This document shows positions 9,567-16,352 of a stretch of 32,000 bases of DNA, piece after piece. The translations under genes and the position numbers were made by a program. This DNA is from Candidatus Saccharimonadota bacterium. GTDB taxonomy: Bacteria; Patescibacteriota; Saccharimonadia; Saccharimonadales; Saccharimonadaceae. The first letter of the stretch is position 1, and each line of letters begins with the position of its first letter. The notes below the pieces were generated by a model. That model was given only the letters and a program-made list of their open reading frames with translations, was not told where the DNA came from and searched no databases. Location of the stretch: positions 390,001 to 422,000 of the forward strand of contig CP011211.1 in the NCBI GenBank assembly GCA_001029695.1, written 5' to 3'.

Positions 9567-10343
9567 CTATTCGTCCTCCGATAGGCCATGAGCCTTAGCC
9601 GCGATAGCTGCAAAATCATGCACGCTGAGGCTAGCGCCACCCACAAGTAGACCATCAACGCCTTCGACCTGTAGATACGCAGTTGCACTATCAGGCTTCA
9701 CACTGCCGCCGTATAGCACCTGAATCTCTTCAGCTGCAGCAGCACCGTACAAATGGCGAATCTGGCTGCGGATCGCCTTGATAGCGTGCTTTACGTCAGA
9801 TGGTAGCGCGTTGTTACCTGTGCCGATCGCCCATACCGGCTCGTACGCTATCACGATATCTTTGAGCTCATCACTCGTCACATTCGCAAGCCCACCCACA
9901 AGTTGATCATGGATGACATCGGCAGTTTCACCTTCACTCTTTTGTTGAGCAGTCTCGCCAATACATAGGATTGGTCGAATTCTATTTCGAATTGCAGCCT
10001 GGACCTTTGAGCGGATCATCTTATCTGTTTCGCGGAATATATGTCGTCGCTCACTATGCCCAACGATACCGTACTCGACAAGCCCACGTAACTGTGTAGC
10101 CGAGACCTCACCAGTAAAGGCGCCGTAGTCCTGAAAATGAAAATTCTGAGCAGCCAACTTAAATTGTCGACGATTTACCTGCAAACTCAGTGGCTGTAGG
10201 GCGAGCATTGTTGGCGCCAATACTACTTCGACATCACGATGCACCGCAACTTCTTTCTCAAGATTATGCAAGAAAATACTTGCCTCTTGAATATTGAAAT
10301 TCATCTTCCAATTGCCTGCGATAATTTTCTTGCGTCGTGTCAT
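9567..10343 (-). CDS. tpiA: triose-phosphate isomerase
   Basis: Motifs IAGNWKMN, VGHSERR and IAYEPVWAIGTG. Confidence 0.95.
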   Translation of the reverse strand: MTRRKKIIAGNWKMNFNIQEASIFLHNLEKEVAVHRDVEVVLAPTMLALQPLSLQVNRRQFKLAAQNFHFQDYGAFTGEVSATQLRGLVEYGIVGHSERRHIFRETDKMIRSKVQAAIRNRIRPILCIGETAQQKSEGETADVIHDQLVGGLANVTSDELKDIVIAYEPVWAIGTGNNALPSDVKHAIKAIRSQIRHLYGAAAAEEIQVLYGGSVKPDSATAYLQVEGVDGLLVGGASLSVHDFAAIAAKAHGLSEDE

Positions 10344-10390
10344 AGTGTTATAGCTCTTATGCTTACTTTATTACTGTTAGTGTAGCGTAT

Positions 10391-11632
10391 TTATGGGCGA
10401 GCGTCTAGCAAGCTTTCAATTCCAGGTAGCTTTTTTCCAGCCATAAGATCCAGACTTGCGCCACCGCCTGTCGAAACATGCGAAAAGCTCTTTCCGTCAC
10501 TGCCATCCCACTTCAATGCGAAGTCAGCTGTATCACCACCACCGATAATCGATGTAATCTTAGGCTGAGTCGTCGCCAATGTTAACGCCAGTCGAGCTGA
10601 ACCATGTGCAAATTCTGGTAGTTCAGCATACCCAAGTGTTCCATTCCATATAACCGTCTTTGCATTTGCGACGATAGCCGTATAGCGCTCGATACTCTCA
10701 TCACCTACATCAAGCGCAATGTCATCAAACTTAATATCCGCCACACTGCGAACCACACGCTTAGCCTGCGCGTTAATTTCATTTGCGACTGCAACGTCTG
10801 TTGGAAGTACGATAAACGAATCGACATTCTCTTGGCCTACTTTCTTTGCTGCAGCTGCGTATAGTCGATCGAGTACCTCCGTCTGGTCGCTTTCGATCTT
10901 ACTCATCCCTACGCCATACCCCTTATATGCCAAGAATGTATTCGCCATTGCTCCGCCGATAAGAATCGTGTCGGCAACCGACACAAAGTGCTCGATCACA
11001 CCGATCTTGTCGCTCACCTTCGCTCCACCCATCACTGCGACGAGCGGACGTGTTGGTGCCTTCATAGCAGCCGTGATTGTCTGATATTCCCTTTCGAGAA
11101 GCAGCCCGGCTACACTTGGAATCTCCATAGCAATCGCATGAGTACTTGCGTGCGCACGGTGTACTACGCCAAATCCATCTTGCACAAAGTATGTGGCTCG
11201 CGTACTACGAATAATAGCTTTTGCAAACGCAGCACTATCAGCCTCTTCTTCACTATAAAAACGAAGATTTTCAAGCAACAAAACACTCTTCTTAGGTGCC
11301 TTGCGAACCGTCTGGTACACTTCGTCACCGATTGTATCTCCAATGAACGTCACTGACTGATGAAGCAATTCACTGAGTCGCACACCCACCTGTTCAAGAC
11401 TATACTTAGCCTCTTTGCCGTCGGGACGCCCAAGATGGCTAATCAATACTACCTTGCAGCCCCGCTCAAGTAGATACTTAATCGTCGGTAAACTACCGCG
11501 TATACGAAGATCATCACTGATCTCACCCTTTTGATTAAGAGGAATATTGTAGTCAACGCGCACGAGAACAGTCTCGCCGCGAAGCGGTACGTCTTTAATT
11601 GTCTCTTTGAAAAAGCGCTGTTTGCTCTTCAT
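10391..11632 (-). CDS. pgk: phosphoglycerate kinase
   Basis: Motifs RVDYNIPL, ISHLGRP, GGAKVSDKIGVI and STGGGASL. An SD-like AGGTGGG lies 4 nt upstream of the ATG. Confidence 0.95.
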   Translation of the reverse strand: MKSKQRFFKETIKDVPLRGETVLVRVDYNIPLNQKGEISDDLRIRGSLPTIKYLLERGCKVVLISHLGRPDGKEAKYSLEQVGVRLSELLHQSVTFIGDTIGDEVYQTVRKAPKKSVLLLENLRFYSEEEADSAAFAKAIIRSTRATYFVQDGFGVVHRAHASTHAIAMEIPSVAGLLLEREYQTITAAMKAPTRPLVAVMGGAKVSDKIGVIEHFVSVADTILIGGAMANTFLAYKGYGVGMSKIESDQTEVLDRLYAAAAKKVGQENVDSFIVLPTDVAVANEINAQAKRVVRSVADIKFDDIALDVGDESIERYTAIVANAKTVIWNGTLGYAELPEFAHGSARLALTLATTQPKITSIIGGGDTADFALKWDGSDGKSFSHVSTGGGASLDLMAGKKLPGIESLLDARP

Positions 11633-11705
11633 CTGCCCACCTAGTTATTGTTTATGTTTATTTTATCACATCACCCTGGCTGACGACTATATTTGATCAA
11701 ATAAA

Positions 11706-11739
11706 TACAGTGAGACTTCTTAAAAGTAGTCTCACTGTA
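11706..11739 (-). terminator. intrinsic terminator downstream of pyk
   Basis: A 12-bp perfect stem, TACAGTGAGACT / AGTCTCACTGTA, with a 10-nt loop. On the minus strand it is followed by TTTATTTGAT. Confidence 0.7.
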
Positions 11740-11765
11740 TTATCAAGAATATATATTAAGTAAGT

Positions 11766-13184
11766 CTATTCGAGAACGCGCACGCGTATTGTGTCGGTGC
11801 CCCCAATAAGACCCGGTTGCCGTCCACTAACGATCGCGACAGTGATTTGATCATCATCGCCGAAGAAGCCTTCCTTTTTTAGCTCCTTAGCAAGCTCAAA
11901 GCCCGCTTTTTCACCATCAGGACGCAAGAAGCTTTTGTTTGCATAGCTTAGCGCAAGTTGCTGCGCAGCGCGTGGCTCACTTGTTACGCTGATAATTGGA
12001 AGATTAGGGCGTACCGCTGCGATACTTGCCGCCGTCGCACCAGAACGAGTCTCTGCCACGATAGCACTTGCACCTACAGCCTCAGCAAGACTTACAGCAG
12101 CACTTGCGATCGCTCGGCGCGCAGACTTCTTTCCCTGTAGTATGTCGGTAATCGGCGCAACCTCAATATGCTCTTGAGTATAGAGAATAACACGCTTCAT
12201 CGCTGCAACTGTCTCAAGCGGATAGCTACCGTTTGCCGTCTCGTCACTCAGCATCACAGTGTCAGCCCCAAGGATAACAGCGTTTGCCACGTCACTCACT
12301 TCGGCGCGAGTTGGCTCAGGGGCATCAACCATACTTGCCATCATCTGGGTTGCAACTATGCTCAACTTACCGTATTTTCGACAAAGCGCAATGATCTTTC
12401 GTTGCACAACCGGAACAACTTCCGCTCCTGCCTCAACGGCCAAGTCACCGCGTGCTACCATGACGCCGTCACTTACCTTTACAATCTCTTCGAGCACGTC
12501 ATCTTTGATTGCGGCTTTTGTCTCAATCTTCGGGATGATCTGAGCTGTCGAGCCCAATCCGACAAGGATCTGGCGTAGGTTGTTGATATCATCAGCGGAC
12601 TGCACAAAGCTCAATGCGACATAATCGATATCTTTCGTTGCTCCGTATTCGACGTCCTTTAAATCTTTCGGTGTAAGAATATCACCACCAAAATCAGTGT
12701 CCGGCAAATTGATACCTTTTCTACTCATAAGCGTGCCGTTATTTTCTACGCGTAATGTAATTGCGGTATCAGACGGAATATCAATAACTGTCGTGCGGAT
12801 CTTACCGTCAAAGATATAGATAGGCTCACCAACTTGCACCTTTTCAGCAAGATTATATTGCACAGGGTACGTATTGCCGTTATGTTCAGCGGCATAGTCA
12901 AGAATAATCTCATCGCCTGTCTTTACATCGACATTTTCAGTAAGATTACCGAGGCGGATCTTTGGACCCTGCAGGTCCTGCAGAATCGCTACCGGCTTGC
13001 CAAGCTTTGCGCTCGCGGTGCGAATCCACTCGATTTGCTGATCACGCTCCTCATAGCTACCGTGGCTAAAATTAAGGCGAAACCCATTGACGCCGGCTTT
13101 TGCCATTGCCTCAATTGATTCATAGTTATTAGTTGGTGGGCCAAGTGTGGCCAGAATTTTTGTACGTTTAAAGATAACACTCAT
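11766..13184 (-). CDS. pyk: pyruvate kinase
   Basis: Motifs TKILATLGP, NFSHGS, MVARGDLAVE and TQMMASM. Length 472 aa. Confidence 0.95.
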   Translation of the reverse strand: MSVIFKRTKILATLGPPTNNYESIEAMAKAGVNGFRLNFSHGSYEERDQQIEWIRTASAKLGKPVAILQDLQGPKIRLGNLTENVDVKTGDEIILDYAAEHNGNTYPVQYNLAEKVQVGEPIYIFDGKIRTTVIDIPSDTAITLRVENNGTLMSRKGINLPDTDFGGDILTPKDLKDVEYGATKDIDYVALSFVQSADDINNLRQILVGLGSTAQIIPKIETKAAIKDDVLEEIVKVSDGVMVARGDLAVEAGAEVVPVVQRKIIALCRKYGKLSIVATQMMASMVDAPEPTRAEVSDVANAVILGADTVMLSDETANGSYPLETVAAMKRVILYTQEHIEVAPITDILQGKKSARRAIASAAVSLAEAVGASAIVAETRSGATAASIAAVRPNLPIISVTSEPRAAQQLALSYANKSFLRPDGEKAGFELAKELKKEGFFGDDDQITVAIVSGRQPGLIGGTDTIRVRVLE

Positions 13185-13191
13185 ATGGACT

Positions 13192-13199
13192 ATTATACA
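13192..13199 (-). promoter_or_regulatory. -10 box TGTATAAT 7 nt upstream of the pyk ATG (leaderless architecture)
   Basis: The minus strand reads gagagGTGTATAATagtccatATG. Confidence 0.5.
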
Positions 13200-13210
13200 C
13201 CTCTCCCCTG

Positions 13211-14224
13211 TTATGTTAACGATAAATTGCCGCTATCTACCAAAAAACGAAAATTCCAGTCATCATCCTGCTCTGTTTTGTAGCTCCAATAAAACCATCC
13301 CGCAGCCGCTTCGTAGGTAGATAACTGCGCTTCTATATACTGATTGCGTAGTTCTATACGCCGCTGATGATCCATCTGCACATACACTTCTTGTGGCAAA
13401 ACTCCACTCCACTCACCTACTGCCACCGGCTGCTGTTGTCGTAGGTATCGTAGTTGGCGATATCGTTTGACGCGTACTTTTTCGAGGTGACTCGATGGAC
13501 CACGCTGCTTGTCTCTCGCACTAAAGCATTGATAGAAATGACTATCCATAATCACCGGAAAGTTCTTGTGTGCACGAAGGGCGCCAGTGAGAAGGAGTGG
13601 ACGAAAGCCATCTCCAAACACAATCACCGTACCTGGTCGCGCAACTCGTATCAGCCGACGATATGCCTTTCGGTAAAAATGCACCAGCCGAAGCGTCGAC
13701 CAATCAAGCGTTGGCTCGTTGAGCAGTTCAATCCCCCATATACTCGTTTTGTCGTAGTACCTCTCTGCAATCTTCTCTAAAATCTCAATGGTTCGCTCCT
13801 GATGCCCTGAATGGTGAAGCCATTTCTCCGTTTTTGGCCTCCCGCTCCCGCTATGATCAGCCTCATTCTGCGCACCTGGTGCACCGTGAAGATCTAGTAT
13901 CACTTTCAGCCCGTACTTTTCGGCCATATCGACCGCCCAGTCGAGCTTCTCGATAGCACCTATATAGGGAGGTTCATCACCAAATATCCAATATCCAAAG
14001 GGAATTCTTACTGCCGTTACCCTGTTATCACGAAGCCAACGAAAATCCGCCTCTACTATAAAAGTATCGTGGTGATCTCGCAGCCGAGCACCGCCGCCCT
14101 TTACTTGCACAAGTTCATACTCATTATCTGCAGTAGTATCCTGAAAAACACTCGGCGTCATCCACTTTTCGAGCACAAGCCATCCGCCAAGATTCACTCC
14201 ATAAAGACACTGCTTTTTTGTCAT
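13211..14224 (-). CDS. glycoside hydrolase family 5 (exo-beta-1,3-glucanase/cellulase-like), no signal peptide
   Basis: Motifs GVNLGGWLVLEKWMTPSVF, ELLNEP (acid/base Glu) and VGEWSG (nucleophile Glu). I set the start at ATG 14224 (MTKKQ) because TATAAT lies 6 nt upstream. The ORF-track start at 14257 falls inside a terminator hairpin. Confidence 0.85.
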   Translation of the reverse strand: MTKKQCLYGVNLGGWLVLEKWMTPSVFQDTTADNEYELVQVKGGGARLRDHHDTFIVEADFRWLRDNRVTAVRIPFGYWIFGDEPPYIGAIEKLDWAVDMAEKYGLKVILDLHGAPGAQNEADHSGSGRPKTEKWLHHSGHQERTIEILEKIAERYYDKTSIWGIELLNEPTLDWSTLRLVHFYRKAYRRLIRVARPGTVIVFGDGFRPLLLTGALRAHKNFPVIMDSHFYQCFSARDKQRGPSSHLEKVRVKRYRQLRYLRQQQPVAVGEWSGVLPQEVYVQMDHQRRIELRNQYIEAQLSTYEAAAGWFYWSYKTEQDDDWNFRFLVDSGNLSLT

Positions 14225-14230
14225 AGAGCT

Positions 14231-14236
14231 ATTATA
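14231..14236 (-). promoter_or_regulatory. -10 box TATAAT 6 nt upstream of the GH5 ATG (leaderless architecture)
   Basis: The minus strand reads ggcatTATAATagctctATG. Confidence 0.5.
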
Positions 14237-14242
14237 ATGCCT

Positions 14243-14288
14243 CACCAAGTAAAACACCCATCGGCGAGGATGGGTGTTTTACTTGGTG
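14243..14288 (-). terminator. 20-bp perfect hairpin immediately after tRNA-Glu; its outer arm includes the tRNA 3' ACCA
   Basis: CACCAAGTAAAACACCCATC / GATGGGTGTTTTACTTGGTG with a 6-nt loop (GGCGAG). Confidence 0.7.
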
Positions 14289-14358
14289 ATCTCACGGAGA
14301 ATCGAACTCCGATTGCCAGGATGAAAACCTGGTGTCCTAACCGTTAGACGATGAGACC
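14284..14358 (-). tRNA. tRNA-Glu (anticodon UUC), genomically encoded CCA
   Basis: Hand-folded cloverleaf: acceptor GGTCTCA/TGAGATC, D-stem GTCT/GGAC, anticodon stem CCAGG/CCTGG with loop TTTTCAT, T-arm CGGAG-TTCGATT-CTCCG, discriminator A plus CCA. Total 75 nt. Confidence 0.93.
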
Positions 14359-14411
14359 ATTGGTCATACTACATACTTAATCAAGCTTGTATACAACTCG
14401 AAACAGTATAG

Positions 14412-14438
14412 CAAAAAAATAACCTCTTGAAAAGAGGT
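14412..14438 (-). terminator. intrinsic terminator of the two-gene small operon
   Basis: The minus strand reads ACCTCTT-TTC-AAGAGGT followed by TATTTTTTTGC. A longer imperfect hairpin (CCGAGTGG...CCACTCGG, 14447-14484) precedes it, directly after the stop codon. Confidence 0.75.
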
Positions 14439-14495
14439 GGATTACTCCGAGTGGAGCGCAGTAGTCGTACTACGCCCCACTCGGATTGCACTAAC

Positions 14496-14735
14496 TTAGA
14501 TCTTGTCTGCCAGAGAATAGTGGCCTTGTCCTCTGCAGCGAAGATTCCGACTTCGGATCAACGACTGGATTGCCCCAAGAATTTTCTCATGGCAATCTTG
14601 ACTGAGGTGCTCTTCTCGTATGATTCGAGAAGCAAGACTCTTTTGATCATCTGCTTTTCGGTAGCCACAGTCGCTTTTGCAAATGTAGTCTACCACGATC
14701 GCCTCGTCACGAGTAAGCTTTGCTGCGACAGTCAT
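14496..14735 (-). CDS. hypothetical small Cys/His-rich protein, 79 aa
   Basis: The ATG overlaps the upstream stop (ATGA at 14732-14735). A strong SD (AGGAG) lies 8 nt upstream and tandem terminators follow. Motifs CKSDC, DCHEK and LRCRG. I recognise no family. Confidence 0.65.
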   Translation of the reverse strand: MTVAAKLTRDEAIVVDYICKSDCGYRKADDQKSLASRIIREEHLSQDCHEKILGAIQSLIRSRNLRCRGQGHYSLADKI

Positions 14736-15031
14736 ACTGACGCTCCTGCTCCGACAAGATCCTCCCGACGAACTGATTCTGCGTACTGCACGTAGCAGTG
14801 CACAGAGTGCTTTGTAGCGAGAACATCAGGGAAATCGTAATGCCCCACCCCTCGTGACTCCAGAAACTCGAAGAGCCTCTCTCGAAAACTGTTGGTGTCC
14901 GGGCATTCGTGTCCCAATATGCGCAAATGGCGCTGGGTGATTTCACAATCGGGCTTTGCCTCCAACTCCTCAAGAAGAGCCGTGAAGCGCTGCCGAGCCT
15001 GATTTTCCTTATCCTTCACCTTGCGAGACAT
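14732..15031 (-). CDS. hypothetical small Cys/His-rich protein, 99 aa
   Basis: I chose the start at ATG 15031 (MSRKVKDK) because SD AGGAG (15036-15040) lies 4 nt upstream. The ORF-track start at 15058 has no RBS. I recognise no family. Confidence 0.65.
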   Translation of the reverse strand: MSRKVKDKENQARQRFTALLEELEAKPDCEITQRHLRILGHECPDTNSFRERLFEFLESRGVGHYDFPDVLATKHSVHCYVQYAESVRREDLVGAGASV

Positions 15032-15055
15032 GTATCTCCTAAGATAGTACAAGTA

Positions 15056-15072
15056 CACGAGAAGTCCTCGTG
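15056..15072. promoter_or_regulatory. operator-like palindrome CACGAG-N5-CTCGTG between the promoter and RBS of the small operon
   Basis: A perfect 6-bp inverted repeat with 5-nt spacing in the predicted 5' UTR. It could act as a DNA operator or as an RNA hairpin. Confidence 0.4.
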
Positions 15073-15084
15073 CACTAACAGTGA

Positions 15085-15113
15085 TTTATACGCTAGTTGA
15101 CATACTTTGTCAA
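15085..15113 (-). promoter_or_regulatory. sigma70-type promoter of the small two-gene operon
   Basis: On the minus strand, TTGACA (15113-15108), a 17-nt spacer, then TATAAA (15090-15085). The -35 is one arm of the palindrome TTGACA-N5-TGTCAA (15097-15113). Confidence 0.6.
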
Positions 15114-15198
15114 TCATTTTCTACAGTGCTTTTTATTTTGTACTCAAAATTGCACCTACAACTTTATTGTTCTTATGTAAATAAAGTAGTATAGAGTA

Positions 15199-15227
15199 TT
15201 GACATTATAAGCGTTTTGTGATAATAT
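15199..15227 (+). promoter_or_regulatory. near-consensus sigma70-type promoter driving the rightward operon
   Basis: TTGACA (15199-15204), a 17-nt spacer, then TAATAT (15222-15227). The first plausible long-ORF start is about 340 nt downstream. Confidence 0.6.
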
Positions 15228-15566
15228 GAATATATACGTCGATCTGAGGTGGAGACCGTAGGAGGCGCATGATCGTTAACAAATCAGATCATTACAGTAT
15301 ATGTACAGATCTGCGAACGTAGCAAAATGAGCATGAGCCCCAAACTCGACACTTTATACCTCCTACTCACTTTGCTGCGTTTGCAGCCTATGACTCAATA
15401 GTCATAGATTTGTATACCTACTTACTACATATTTCGCCACTTCAACTTGGAGTCAACATACTGCAGGTAGCAGAAACGCTGTCGATGGTATGTTGGCCCC
15501 AAGCGAGGGTACAACCATGAATTGAAATTGTTTCATTTCATGCGACTCCCTCAGAAAGGGGCGAAA

Positions 15567-16352
15567 ATGACTACAGTCCTGGAACAACCACAAGTAGCAC
15601 AACACGGGTCGACACCCAAGCGAAGTAATTCGCTTAAGGATGAGTTCGATATCGTGTTTTCCGGTCTTCAGAATGCCAATACCTGGACTGGCTCATTTGC
15701 CAGAGTTAACTTCTCTGGCAAAATGAATCAGCCAAGTGTTTCTTCAGAAGAAAGTCAGTGGTACAGGCAGATTGGCGAAGCATTGGTATCCGCGGGTGAC
15801 GTGATTGCGTCGCTCTGGGAGCATCTATGCAGCAGCTACAAAGCCTGGAAACGCAACGACCATGACGGCGTGATCGATAGCATGAAACTCTTTCTTGAGT
15901 TAACACGCGAACGAAACGTCGTCTTTCCGGAGCGTGTCTACTATAGTGCGCTGTCCATCAGTGGTCAGACGTTCCCTACGGGAGCCGAAGACCCGGAACG
16001 CGCACCATTCATGTGTGACGAGATCCAGCAATGCCTCGAGCTGCTCAACCAGCCCGTAGCAAAGCCTGATACTGACACACAGACACCCGCGGCACCACCT
16101 CAGAAAGCAGAGCCACCCACTCAAAAGCCTGTTGCATCACAGCCTTCCCAAAAGAAGGACTGGAAACAGCAAGCGCTTGAGTGGTGGCACGCCACCGTGA
16201 AGTGGTTTCGCGAGTTCACGCAGGCGATGACGTCGCCAAGCCAAAGAAAGATCATCGATGCTCACAATGAGCGTCTCCGAGCTCCGGCTCAGCAGACGGC
16301 TCAAAGTGATGCCGTCGCTCAACCAATCAAACGAGAGGAAGTGGCGAGATGA
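15567..16352 (+). CDS. hypothetical cytoplasmic protein, 261 aa, with a Pro/Gln-rich segment and a Trp-rich C-terminal helix
   Basis: I chose the start at ATG 15567 (MTTVLEQ) because SD-like AAAGGGG lies 5 nt upstream; the ORF-track TTG at 15522 is less likely. The stop overlaps the next start (ATGA at 16349-16352). I recognise no family. Confidence 0.6.
   Translation: MTTVLEQPQVAQHGSTPKRSNSLKDEFDIVFSGLQNANTWTGSFARVNFSGKMNQPSVSSEESQWYRQIGEALVSAGDVIASLWEHLCSSYKAWKRNDHDGVIDSMKLFLELTRERNVVFPERVYYSALSISGQTFPTGAEDPERAPFMCDEIQQCLELLNQPVAKPDTDTQTPAAPPQKAEPPTQKPVASQPSQKKDWKQQALEWWHATVKWFREFTQAMTSPSQRKIIDAHNERLRAPAQQTAQSDAVAQPIKREEVAR

Noticed and set aside
14069-14347. 92-aa plus-strand ORF
   Set aside because: It runs antisense through the GH5 5' end, the terminator hairpin and tRNA-Glu. 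It is an artefact.
14427-14973. Plus-strand 122-aa ORF (14427-14795) and alternative minus-frame 88-aa ORF (14707-14973)
   Set aside because: The promoter, SD sites, ATGA coupling and downstream terminators all support the 99-aa/79-aa minus-strand pair. The plus-strand ORF would start inside the terminator hairpins.
15522-15566. ORF-track TTG start for the 276-aa protein
   Set aside because: There is no RBS at that position. ATG 15567 has AAAGGGG 5 nt upstream. The start remains uncertain.
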